DNA of 63,957 nucleotides, counting the filler, from an uncultured bacterium (lineage in GTDB: Bacteria > CAYJOG01), in the NCBI GenBank assembly GCA_964371695.1. It is 6 parts of 6 records of this genome, joined end to end, with 100 filler letters (N's around TTAATTAATTAA, not from the genome) between each part and the next. Parts side by side here need not be neighbours in the genome. Positions count along the whole stretch, not along the records: positions 33,161 to 44,057 come from CAYJOG010000057.1; positions 44,158 to 54,962 come from CAYJOG010000058.1; 4 more parts are not named here. The stretch is one strand, 5' to 3'. This document shows positions 41,429 through 50,869 of the stretch, piece by piece (the first letter of the stretch is position 1; each line of letters begins with the position of its first letter). The translations under genes and the position numbers were made by a program. Below the pieces are notes generated by a model that saw only the letters and a program-made list of their open reading frames with translations, did not search any database and was not told where the DNA came from.

Positions 41429-42346
41429 ATGCCCCCCATGCCCACACTGCCTGTTCCCAAACCCGGCCAGCCGCCGCCCGTGGCGCTGGTGACAGGGGCC
41501 AGCGGTCAGGTGGGGGGGCATCTGGCCCGTCTGCTTTTGCAAAAGGGGTGGGAGGTGCTGGCCCCCGGCCCGGACGCGCTGGACCTGAACCAGCCGGACG
41601 CCCTCACCGGCTGGCTGGCCGGGCGGCGGTTTGACCTCACCTGTCATGCCGCTGCTTATACCCAGGTGGACCTGGCCGAGGCGCACCCAGAGGACGCCCG
41701 CCGCGTCAACGTGCTGGCCACGCAAATTCTGTCAGACCACACCCAGAGCACCGGCGGCCTGCTGCTCACCTTTGGCACCGATTATGTCTTCACCGACTGG
41801 CCCCATCCGGGCCAGGCCATTCCCGAAACCGCCACGCCCAGTCCGCGGGGTGTTTACGCCAGCACCAAACGGGAGGCCGAACTGGCGGCACTGAGCCATG
41901 CCAACACGCTGGTGGTGCGCACCAGCGGCGTGTATGACCCGGCGGGGGTGAACTTTGTGGCGGCGATTCTCAGCCGTCTGGTCAAAGAGGGCAGCGCCCA
42001 GGTGGTGAACGACCAGTTCACCGTGCCCACGCCCGCCGGGCCGCTGGCGGCGTGGTCGCTGGCGGCGCTGGAAAAAGGCGCGCGGGGGCTGCTGCATCTC
42101 GTGCCCTCTGGCGCGCCCTGCTGGTTTGACGTGGCCAGCGTGACCAGTGAGGTGTTTGCCCGCCGCACGGGCAGGGCGGTGACGGTAAGCCCCACCACCA
42201 CGGCGGCTTTTGTGCGCCCCGCGCCCCGGCCTGCGTGGTCGGTGCTGGACAACACGCTGGCTCGCGAGAAATGGGGGCTGGACCTGCCGGGCTGGCGCGC
42301 ACTGCTGGTGGACGCTCTGAAGGACTGGCCGCTGCCGGGGGGATAA
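41429..42346 (+). CDS. rfbD: dTDP-4-dehydrorhamnose reductase
   Basis: VTGASGQVG, AAYTQVDLAE, TDYVF, YASTK, VNDQF..PT, APRP..SVLD. Confidence 0.88.
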   Translation: MPPMPTLPVPKPGQPPPVALVTGASGQVGGHLARLLLQKGWEVLAPGPDALDLNQPDALTGWLAGRRFDLTCHAAAYTQVDLAEAHPEDARRVNVLATQILSDHTQSTGGLLLTFGTDYVFTDWPHPGQAIPETATPSPRGVYASTKREAELAALSHANTLVVRTSGVYDPAGVNFVAAILSRLVKEGSAQVVNDQFTVPTPAGPLAAWSLAALEKGARGLLHLVPSGAPCWFDVASVTSEVFARRTGRAVTVSPTTTAAFVRPAPRPAWSVLDNTLAREKWGLDLPGWRALLVDALKDWPLPGG

Positions 42347-42362
42347 AAAACATCGCCCTTTT

Positions 42363-42548
42363 ACCCTCTCCCCTTTACGGGGAGAGGGTGGTTTGGGATG
42401 GGGCGTAGCCCCGGCCCAAACCGGGTGAGGGGTTTAAAATGGACAAAATCTCAGTGGTTTTTTGTCTTTTTCCTGAACCCCTCACCCGGATGCTGGCCAG
42501 AAAGAGCTTGGCCAGCATCCACCCTCTCCCCGTAAAGGGGAGAGGGTA
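42363..42548. repeat. Inverted pair of CCCTCTCCC-type REP-like hairpins
   Basis: ACCCTCTCCCCTTTACGGGGAGAGGGT and ACCCTCTCCCCGTAAAGGGGAGAGGGT. Confidence 0.8.
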
Positions 42549-42658
42549 AGGATGGCGGCGATTCGTTGCACAAGCAGGTATCCATGCACAGCGACTTATG
42601 TCGTCATATATAACAGCGATGGACACCGCGCCTACTCCACATATTTATTGAATCCGCC

Positions 42659-44056
42659 TCACGGCGTTTCGCCCTGCCAGCTTCGGTGGATGGACAGGTG
42701 TGGGCCGTCCCAGGAAAGCGACAGGTAGTGGTCCAGTTGGGGGGCCACGTCGGGCAGGTGGCTGATGAGGAAGATCTGCTGGAAGTTGGGCTGCATGGTG
42801 CGCAAAAGCGCCATGAACAGCGCCCGGCGGTCGGTGTCAAAAGCCGAGAGTGGTTCGTCCAGAAACAGGAACGGTCTGCCGGGGCCACCATCGCCAATGC
42901 CGGTGCTGCGCGCCAGTGCCAGCCGGAGCGCGATGAACATCTGGTCTGCCGTGCCGCCGCTCAGGTGGCTGATGTCCACCAGTCCGCCCCGCTCGGGGCT
43001 GAACACCGACAGGTCAAAGTCTTCGTCCAGCTCCACCTCGTGATAACGCCCCGCCGTGAGCTTGCCCAGGATGTGGCTGAAATAGGCCCGTATCTGCGGC
43101 ACGATACGCCGCCGGGCGCGGTCCACCGTAATGGCCAGACACTCGCGCAGCGTCACCATTTCCTCGCGGCGGCGGTCCAGCAGTTTCAGGCGCTGCACAA
43201 TGCGTTTTTCTTCCTGCTGGTGGTTTTTCAGTCGCCGCAGGGTTTCCTCCATCTGTTCCTTCATGCCCATCAGCCGGGCTTCTTCTATGAAGGTGGCGGC
43301 GTGGGCATCCTTGTGGCGCTGCAATTCTTTCAGCAGGGCGTCAAAGGCGGTTTCGGAAAGGTCTTCTTCAGCCTGGGCGGTGGTTTTTTTGCGATAGGCC
43401 GCTTCGGTGAGTTGGCCGATTTCCTGTATCAGCGAGGTCTTGTCGCGCTCCAGCGGCACCTGGGCCGCCAGCAGGTGGCGTTGTTCTTCGCGCTCGGTGC
43501 GGGCGGCCTCGCGGGCGGTCTCGGCGGCGGTGTGTTTTTCTTCCAGTTCCGCCAGTTTCTGACGCACGTCTTCGGCCTGTTCCAGGGGCAGGCGGAACCC
43601 CGTCACTTCCTTTTCCAGGCCGTCCACCACCATGCGGGCCTCGGCGATGAGGGTGACCAGTTGTTCGTATTGCCGCATCAGCGCCGGCTTGCCCAGTGTG
43701 CTTTTTTTAAGCTCGCCGATTTCGCGGTGAATCTCGTCCCGCCCCTGCAGGGCCTGACGATAGGCCGCCTCAAAACCCCCCTCCAGAAAAGGCGCAAGCG
43801 GCGCGGTGGCGGGCAAAAATATGCCCACGGGGGCGATTTCTTTCAGGAATCCACGCAAGAGGTCCAGCAGTTCGTCGGTGAGGCTGTCGCGGAACTCCGC
43901 CAGCGAGGCGGCGCTCTCTTTGGCCTGGGCCAGGGTGGCGATGGGCAGGTCGTCCCAAAAGGCCAGCAGGCGGCGCAGATAGGCCAGATTTTCTTCGGCT
44001 TTGGCCGCCTCGGTGCGGGCCTGCACCGCTTCACCGCCGCGGCGATCGACCCGGCC
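42659..44056 (-). CDS. SbcC/Rad50-like SMC ATPase, C-terminal part (5' partial)
   Basis: Coiled coil, LSGG signature, FLFLDEP..FD, LISH; frame open to contig edge. Confidence 0.85.
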   Translation of the reverse strand, partial: GRVDRRGGEAVQARTEAAKAEENLAYLRRLLAFWDDLPIATLAQAKESAASLAEFRDSLTDELLDLLRGFLKEIAPVGIFLPATAPLAPFLEGGFEAAYRQALQGRDEIHREIGELKKSTLGKPALMRQYEQLVTLIAEARMVVDGLEKEVTGFRLPLEQAEDVRQKLAELEEKHTAAETAREAARTEREEQRHLLAAQVPLERDKTSLIQEIGQLTEAAYRKKTTAQAEEDLSETAFDALLKELQRHKDAHAATFIEEARLMGMKEQMEETLRRLKNHQQEEKRIVQRLKLLDRRREEMVTLRECLAITVDRARRRIVPQIRAYFSHILGKLTAGRYHEVELDEDFDLSVFSPERGGLVDISHLSGGTADQMFIALRLALARSTGIGDGGPGRPFLFLDEPLSAFDTDRRALFMALLRTMQPNFQQIFLISHLPDVAPQLDHYLSLSWDGPHLSIHRSWQGETP

Positions 44057-44057
44057 G

Positions 44058-44157
44058 NNNNNNNNNNNNNNNNNNNNNNNNNNNNNNNNNNNNNNNNNNN
44101 NTTAATTAATTAANNNNNNNNNNNNNNNNNNNNNNNNNNNNNNNNNNNNNNNNNNNN
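44058..44157. other. Artificial contig linker
   Basis: N44-TTAATTAATTAA-N44. Confidence 0.99.
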
Positions 44158-44353
44158 CGGCAGCATATTGATGCTGCCGGGCGCGCCCAGCGGCACGACG
44201 GAGTAGGGCGGGCCAGCTATCGCCTTTGCTCGGCCAGATGCCCCAATGGGCATCTGGAAATATTCCTCGCAAACTCTCACCCGCCTGAGCGCGAAGCGCG
44301 AAACAGCCGGGGCAAAACATGAGCAAAAACCTTATTTGGTTATTTTTTACATC

Positions 44354-44565
44354 GCCCTCACCCGGCGCTACGCGCCACCCTCTCCCATGCAAAGCACGGG
44401 AGAGGGAACTATTTCGACGTGCATAAATTTCTTCAAAATGAACTAATGAACCCCTCACCCCAACCCTCTCCCTCAAGGGGAGAGGGGGTCGAGGGCGTTC
44501 TATTGTTTGATCAACGGGCACGACAAGGCGGAAAACTGTGCATAAACTTATGCAAAATGAACTAA
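44354..44565. repeat. Cluster of CCCTCTCCC REP-like hairpins and two GTGCATAAA...AAAATGAACTA MITE ends
   Basis: Same ends as element at 54199-54298. Confidence 0.65.
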
Positions 44566-44676
44566 ACGGTGGGCGCAGCCCACCCCCGCCACGGAGCAGC
44601 CACAGGCTGCGACCGCCGCGAAGCGGCCAGCGCTCTTCATTGAATCAAAAACATCGCCTGCCCCCTTGGCGGCGCG

Positions 44677-45579
44677 TCACGCGCCCTTCTTTTGCGCCGC
44701 CATAAAAGCAATCCACTGCTCCATCCACGGGGCGAGTGGCTCCATGTGGCGGTATTGCAGCATCTGCCGGGCCACCAAGTGCAGGCGTTCTTCAAAACCC
44801 GGCACACCCTGGGGCGGCGAAAGGGGTGTCTTGAACGGTGGCGCATCGGCCCGCTGATATTCGCAGGACACGCTGATGCGTGGCTCGCCCCCCCGGTGAC
44901 TGGCCCGGCTGGACCAATGCAGCAGCGCCTGGTTCCACACCATCACCGCGCCGGGCTGGGCGGGCAGGGCGCGCACGTCGGGCAGGGGCACGTTGGGCAG
45001 TTTTTCCCGCTCGGTGTTGTAGTGGGGGTCGCGGTGTTTGGGTAAAAGATACATACAGCCGTTCAGCGGCGTGGCGGGTGTAAGCGGCAGCCACAGGGTG
45101 AGGCACAGCGGCTCGCCCTGTGACCCCAGGGCGTGGCGGCCCTTGTCGCGGTGGGGTGACCAGCCCGCTTCTTCATGGGCTGGGTCCACCCGCCAGGCCC
45201 AGATGTCGGGCAGGCGCAACAGCGGCGCGCCCAGAGCGGCCTCCAGCACGCTTACCACGCGGGTAATCAGCGCCCAATAGTCGTCGTAAAGAAAAGAGAA
45301 CACCGGGCAGAAACCGGCCCGGTGCAGGGTTTCGATGCCCGCCGCCAAACGGACGAAATCCACCCCCCACGGGGCGGTGGCATGCTCAAAATAACCCTCG
45401 GTCTCCAACAGGTCTGCAAGGTTCTTTGCCTCAACAGCCGAAACCGGCAGGGGCGCAAAAGGGGCCTCGGCAGATTCTGCGGCAATTTCAAACCCCGGCA
45501 GCAGCGACAACCAGTGTTCACGCGTCAGCCAGCGCGCTGGTTCAAAAACGGGTGTGTGTGCGGCGGGGACTGAGCGCAT
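44677..45579 (-). CDS. PhyH-like 2OG-Fe(II) dioxygenase
   Basis: PHRD (HxD), LWLPL..ATP.NGCM, LLHWS. Confidence 0.85.
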   Translation of the reverse strand: MRSVPAAHTPVFEPARWLTREHWLSLLPGFEIAAESAEAPFAPLPVSAVEAKNLADLLETEGYFEHATAPWGVDFVRLAAGIETLHRAGFCPVFSFLYDDYWALITRVVSVLEAALGAPLLRLPDIWAWRVDPAHEEAGWSPHRDKGRHALGSQGEPLCLTLWLPLTPATPLNGCMYLLPKHRDPHYNTEREKLPNVPLPDVRALPAQPGAVMVWNQALLHWSSRASHRGGEPRISVSCEYQRADAPPFKTPLSPPQGVPGFEERLHLVARQMLQYRHMEPLAPWMEQWIAFMAAQKKGA

Positions 45580-45592
45580 CGCAGCGGCAAAC

Positions 45593-47557
45593 TCACCGTC
45601 CGATTTTTTCGCGGTGGCTGGGCAGCGAAGTGGGCGTGACGCCCGGCGTCAGGTCTTTCACCACCCTGGGGGTGATCTCGATGAGGATTTCCTGCTTGAT
45701 GAAATCCTTGCTTTCGTTCTGGAACAGCTTGCCCACCAGGGGCAGTTTGCTCAGCACGGGTACGCGGTTGGTGGTCTCCTGCTGCACCTGACGCATGAGG
45801 CCGCCGATGAGCACCTTTTCGCCGCTTTTCACGTGAACCACCGTGTTGGCCTCGCGCACGCTGATGACGGGGGCCGACACATTCACCGAGCCGTCGCTGT
45901 TAAAAATCTGCGAATCACCTTTTTTGTCGGTGAGCACAGGGTTCACGGCCAGCACCACGTTGCCCTTGCTGTCCACCCGGGGCACGACATAAAGGCTCAT
46001 GCCGATCAGCCGGTAATCCACGCGGCTGGTGAAATCGTTGCTGGTGTATTTGGTGGGGTCACGCCGCACGATGGGTTCTTCGTCGCCCACGCGAATCACG
46101 GCGGGCTGGCCGTCCAGCGTGGCCAGGGTGGGGCGGTTGAGGATGCGCGCTTTGCCCTTTTCAATCAGCATGCGCATGATGGCGCGGAAGTCCTGCTTCA
46201 GGTTGTTGCCCCGGTCATAAAAAATGGACAGGCCGCCGCCGCCGGTGGCCAGTTGTTCAAAAAACGTGTTGAGCGCGCCGCTCTGGGCGTCCATGCCTTT
46301 CTGGTTCACGCCGGTGACCGGGTTGGTGCGGTTCTGGCCAATGCCAAACTCCGACAGATCGGTGTTGGTGAGTTCATACACGGTGACTTCCAGCACCACC
46401 TGATGGGGCGCGAGGTCTACCTTTTTGATGAACGAATCCACCCCCCGGTTGGCGGCGGGTGTGCCATAACTCACGATGGCTCCCTTGCGGCCCGCGTCCA
46501 CCAGGTCGCGGCGAAACCGGATTTCCTGCAACCCCTCCTGATTGTTGAGCACCGTGTTGTCGTTCACGGGGCCACGGGCGTCAAAGGCTTCCACGTTCAG
46601 CGGGGCGGGCTTGAGCGGCGTGCGGCGAATCATGTTCACCAGTTCCACCGGGTCTACGTAGTTCACAGGAAAATACGCCACCTGCTCGCCCCCCGCCGGG
46701 CCTTCACCTTTGTCCTGCATGGCCCGCTCTGGCGAGGTCACCACCGTCACGCGGCCCTTTTTGAGGCTGTCCAGTCCCTGGCTGGCGAGAATCGAGTCCA
46801 GCGCCTCGCGGGCGGGCACGCCCGTCATGTGTACGGTCACGCCCTTGGGGTCAGTGGCCAGGGCTTCTTTGTCCAGCACCAGATTCAGACCGCTTTGTTT
46901 GGCGAGGTCCTCCAGCACTTTGTCCAGAGGGGCGCTGTCGTGGTGCAGGGTGACACCGCCAGCCTGGGGCTGCTGGCCATTGCGGGCGGGCTGGCCGCCA
47001 AAACTGCGCTCCAGCGTGCCGCCCGGCTGAAGCCAGTTGGGGGCCGGTGTGGCTTCTTGCGGGCGGCTGGTGTCTTCGATGAGTTCGATGACGTCCAGAT
47101 TGGTAAGGTCCCGCTTGGGGCCGGGGCCGTGGGGCGCAAAGGGCACGGGCACGAACTCGCGGTTCTTGAGCGTGAAGGTGATGGCCCCGCCCTCTTCGGC
47201 GGCCACGAGGTCCACTGGTTTTTTGAGGTAGATGATGACCTGGAACAGTTCTCCCAGGCCCTCCCAGTGATAAGGCTCGATTTTGTGAATGAGGTGGGTG
47301 CGGATGTTTTTGAGGTCTTCCAGCACACGTTCCCGCGCCTGACAGCCCTCGAACAGGATGACCCGCTTGTAGGGGTCTTCCACCGGCTCCACGCGGGGAT
47401 AAGCCAGGGGTTTCATGGACAGCGTGATCACGTCCTGCACCTGACTGGTGTAGATCTCGGCCTTGTTTACCGTGCAGGCGCTGGCCGCAGCGGCCCACAG
47501 GGGCAGGCACAGCACCGCCATGGCCACAAGGCGCAAAAACCCACGGGGTTTAGTCAC
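45593..47557 (-). CDS. Secretin (PilQ/GspD-like)
   Basis: QVVLEV, P.LATLDGQPA.I.VG, REANTVV.V.SGE.VLIGGL, VPVLSKLPLVG.LF, ITPRVV. Confidence 0.9.
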   Translation of the reverse strand: MTKPRGFLRLVAMAVLCLPLWAAAASACTVNKAEIYTSQVQDVITLSMKPLAYPRVEPVEDPYKRVILFEGCQARERVLEDLKNIRTHLIHKIEPYHWEGLGELFQVIIYLKKPVDLVAAEEGGAITFTLKNREFVPVPFAPHGPGPKRDLTNLDVIELIEDTSRPQEATPAPNWLQPGGTLERSFGGQPARNGQQPQAGGVTLHHDSAPLDKVLEDLAKQSGLNLVLDKEALATDPKGVTVHMTGVPAREALDSILASQGLDSLKKGRVTVVTSPERAMQDKGEGPAGGEQVAYFPVNYVDPVELVNMIRRTPLKPAPLNVEAFDARGPVNDNTVLNNQEGLQEIRFRRDLVDAGRKGAIVSYGTPAANRGVDSFIKKVDLAPHQVVLEVTVYELTNTDLSEFGIGQNRTNPVTGVNQKGMDAQSGALNTFFEQLATGGGGLSIFYDRGNNLKQDFRAIMRMLIEKGKARILNRPTLATLDGQPAVIRVGDEEPIVRRDPTKYTSNDFTSRVDYRLIGMSLYVVPRVDSKGNVVLAVNPVLTDKKGDSQIFNSDGSVNVSAPVISVREANTVVHVKSGEKVLIGGLMRQVQQETTNRVPVLSKLPLVGKLFQNESKDFIKQEILIEITPRVVKDLTPGVTPTSLPSHREKIGR

Positions 47558-47698
47558 CGGGGGAGTATAGCGCAGGGGAAGCGGTGAAAAGGAGCAGCCC
47601 GGCAGGTGGCCCGGCGGGATGGATTTTTCGGGCGGTGCGGTGGGAATGATGGAGCCTTTTTCTTTTCCAACCTCCGGCCTCCAATCTCCGGCTTCCCC

Positions 47699-50368
47699 CT
47701 ATTTCTTCACCAGTCGGGCACGCTCCTGTTGCAGGCTGGCGGCGCTGTGTTTATTTTTGAGCAGTGAGTCCATGGTGCGGGGCGCGGGGCCACTGACGGG
47801 GACCGGGGCGGTGGCCATGGCCGCTGCGCGCCGGGCGGTTTCGGCCACCGCCTGCTGCACGGCCCGGCTTTGCAGGTTAAACCGCCTGAGCGCCACGTCG
47901 AAAATCCACAGCAGCCCCGCCGCCACCAGCAGCCAGGGCCACAGGGGGATTTCCTCTGGCCGGGCGGTGGCGATGCCCTCCCACAGGTTTTCCGGCCCGG
48001 TGAGTTCGCGGCCGCCGGTGATGGCCATGACCTGCGCCAGACGGTGGGCATATTCCGCTCCGCTGCCCACATAGGCCCCCGCCAGCGCCGAAAAACTCCG
48101 CGCCCCCACGCGCCCCAGATACACCCCCCGCGACGCCTCCGCCAAGCGCCCCCGGTACTCCCCCGCCGACACCCGGTGCAGGGTGAGGTTGCGGGGTTTG
48201 CCGGAGGGGTCCAGCAGGCGCAGGTCCACTTCCGATTCCAGGGGCGCGTGGCCATCGGGCGTGCGCAGTTTTGCCTCTACCCGCAGGCCCCCCACGCCAT
48301 CGGGGCTGAAGGCGAGCCTGGCGGCCCCCAAGCCCCCTTCCCCCGCCGCCCAGCGCAAAAGCTGGGCAAAAAACGGCCCAAAGCCCGGCCACTGCACCCA
48401 GTCTGCCGCCCAGCGTCCGCCGCTGTCGCTGGTAAACGCCACGGCCCGGCCCGTGCCGTGCCGCCACAGGCTCAGCAGGGGGTCTTTTTTGTGTGTGATG
48501 AGCACGTGCTGGGCGGTGGCTTTTGGGCTTGTGCCGGTATAACCCTCAAGCGGGGGGAAACTCTCAAAACCCGACAGCGCCTCGTGATCCATGGCCCAGC
48601 GCGGTGTGAACCGCTCCTGCACCAGATAGGCGCGGTAGGCCAGCGTGGTCTCCCGCGTAAACAACTGGGGCAGGTTGGCGGCGCTGGTGGGGAAGTAGAC
48701 CCGCCCCTCGCCCAGGCGGGCCAGGTCCTCCAGAAAAGGCCGGTCGGCGTCCTGGCCAATGCCCACGGCAGAGAGGGTGATTTTTTGGGCGGCGAACTGG
48801 CCCAGGAGTGATTCAAAATCTGCCGGGTTGGTCATGCCGTCTGAGAGCACCACCACGTGTTTGTACATGGCCTTGGTGGCCGAGAGCGCCTGCAAAGCCA
48901 GTTGCAGACCGGGGTACATGTCGGTGCCGCCGCCGGGCTGCATGGTGCGCACCAGGGCCTGGGCCTGGGGACGGTTTTTGAGAGGACCGGCGGGCAGCAC
49001 CCACTTGGCGGCGCTGTCAAAACCCACCACCCCCACCGTGTCACCGGGCAGCACCACCTCCAGCGCCAGTGTCACCGCCTCGCGGGCCAGGGCCAGTTTC
49101 TCCAGTCCAGACACGTCAAAGTCGGCCATGGAGCCGGACTTGTCCACCACAAACACCAGGGCCAGCGAAGGCACGCGGCGGCGGCTCATCAGCCGCATGC
49201 TCACGGGCAGGGCCTGGGCGATGGGGGTGCCGTGATAACCGCCGGGGCCAAAACTGTCGCGCCCGCCGAGCATCACCAGTCCCCGCCCCAGGCCATGCAC
49301 CATTTCCTTCATCAGGCGCATCTGCCCCTGCGCCAGAGACTGGGCGGGCAGGTTGTCCAGCACCACCGCGCCATATTGCAGCAGGTCCTCGGCCCGGCCC
49401 GGCGCGGCGCCGGTGAGGGTGCTCACCGTCATCCCCTGCTGCGCCAGGGCGCGGGAGAGCGGCCCACCCGCTTCTCCCTGGGCCAGCAACACCCGCTGGG
49501 GGCCTTCCACATAGGTGAACGCCCCCTGCCGGTTGTTTTCGCGCCGGGTGTCCTGTGGGTGGTCATAAACCGCTTCGTAGGTGTGCAGGCCGCTGTCGCC
49601 CGCCAGTCGGTCCAGCACCACCTCGGTCTGGCCGGGTTTGAGTTTGAGACGCTGGCCGGCGATGGGCTGGCCGTCTTCATAAAACCGCACCACGCCCGTT
49701 TCCTCGCGCTCTGCGTCCAGCACCGCGCTCAGTCGCAAAGGCTCGCCTTTTTTGCGGCGGGCGGGGGCGTTCAGCGCCACCACCGCCACGTCCGGTTCCC
49801 GCGCCGGAGCCAGGGGCAGCGTACTCACCTCAATGCCCGCAGCGGCCAGGCTTTCTGCCGCCGCCAGAGCGTCACCCTGTGTGGGCAGGCCGTCGCTCAA
49901 GAGCACCACCCGGCGGCGACCCGTGGGGGGCAGATACGCCATGGCGGCGCGCAGTGCCGATTCGATGTCCGTCTCGCTGCCGTCCACCGCCGCGCCGCCT
50001 TCCAGTTTGGGCGTGGCCGAGGGCAGGGCCATCACCACGGGCCGCGCTCCAAAAGCCAGCACCCCCAGGCGGCGACGCGCACCGGCGGTGGAAAGGGCGG
50101 CGTTCACAAATTCCTCGCGCCGGGCGGCCTCGGTGGGGTCCACGCTGTGGGAGTGATCCACCACCAGCAGCACGGTGCTGGTGCGGATGTTTTTCTTCCA
50201 CACCAAGCCACCCGCCGCCAGGGCCAGACACGACACCACCAGCAGACGCAGCACCACCATGGCCGCCGCGCCGCTGGCAGAAAAATATCGCCGTGAAAAA
50301 ATCACCAGCGGCGACAGCGCCAGGGGCACGAGCAGCAGCAACAGATAACGGGGGTCATCGAGTGTCAT
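47699..50368 (-). CDS. Double vWA-domain membrane protein with GATase1-like domain
   Basis: MIDAS motifs DHSHS and DKSGS, LLSDG twice, GLVMLGG..SFG.GGY. Confidence 0.85.
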   Translation of the reverse strand: MTLDDPRYLLLLLVPLALSPLVIFSRRYFSASGAAAMVVLRLLVVSCLALAAGGLVWKKNIRTSTVLLVVDHSHSVDPTEAARREEFVNAALSTAGARRRLGVLAFGARPVVMALPSATPKLEGGAAVDGSETDIESALRAAMAYLPPTGRRRVVLLSDGLPTQGDALAAAESLAAAGIEVSTLPLAPAREPDVAVVALNAPARRKKGEPLRLSAVLDAEREETGVVRFYEDGQPIAGQRLKLKPGQTEVVLDRLAGDSGLHTYEAVYDHPQDTRRENNRQGAFTYVEGPQRVLLAQGEAGGPLSRALAQQGMTVSTLTGAAPGRAEDLLQYGAVVLDNLPAQSLAQGQMRLMKEMVHGLGRGLVMLGGRDSFGPGGYHGTPIAQALPVSMRLMSRRRVPSLALVFVVDKSGSMADFDVSGLEKLALAREAVTLALEVVLPGDTVGVVGFDSAAKWVLPAGPLKNRPQAQALVRTMQPGGGTDMYPGLQLALQALSATKAMYKHVVVLSDGMTNPADFESLLGQFAAQKITLSAVGIGQDADRPFLEDLARLGEGRVYFPTSAANLPQLFTRETTLAYRAYLVQERFTPRWAMDHEALSGFESFPPLEGYTGTSPKATAQHVLITHKKDPLLSLWRHGTGRAVAFTSDSGGRWAADWVQWPGFGPFFAQLLRWAAGEGGLGAARLAFSPDGVGGLRVEAKLRTPDGHAPLESEVDLRLLDPSGKPRNLTLHRVSAGEYRGRLAEASRGVYLGRVGARSFSALAGAYVGSGAEYAHRLAQVMAITGGRELTGPENLWEGIATARPEEIPLWPWLLVAAGLLWIFDVALRRFNLQSRAVQQAVAETARRAAAMATAPVPVSGPAPRTMDSLLKNKHSAASLQQERARLVKK

Positions 50369-50400
50369 GTGTTTTTTTCAATTTTCCCTTTGCCCACAAG

Positions 50401-50810
50401 CCGCCGTCATTCCCGCGAAAGCGGGAATCCAGTCAGACATAGGCAAAAACCAGTTCTGGTGGGGCAGACATCTTGTCTGCCTGAAAAAGGGGAACAAAAA
50501 CATTTTTCTTTTAAGGTGGGCGGGTACGCCCGCCTTATTGATGAAAATGGCAGACGAGACATGAATAGCTGCTGACTTTTGATAAGAAACCAAGGTTTTA
50601 CGCACCTTACAGGAGTAGGCGCGGTGTCCCCACCGCGCACAAATCATAAGGGAAGCAAATGTTTTGGCCTTTAACGGCGGTGAGGACACCGCCGCTACTC
50701 CGGGAAAGTTAGCAGCTATGGGCAAGATGCCTGCCCCACCAAAGAAAATAAGAAAAAGGTCGGATGTCTTGGTTTCAACTGGATTCCCGCTTTCGCGGGA
50801 ATGACGGCGG
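50401..50810. repeat. Composite element bounded by inverted dRS3-like repeats with nested GTAG/GTGG REP-like hairpins
   Basis: 33-bp TIR CCGCCGTCATTCCCGCGAAAGCGGGAATCCAGT; inner GTAGGCGCGGTGTCC..CCGCGC pair. Confidence 0.8.
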
Positions 50811-50869
50811 GGAACAATGGGGCCTTCTTCTTTTTCCGACATCCAGTCCCCATCTTCCAACTTCCATTT

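Noticed and set aside
45593-47557. Complete T2SS or type IV pilus system
   Set aside because: Only the secretin is present; no ATPase, pilin or platform genes on this contig
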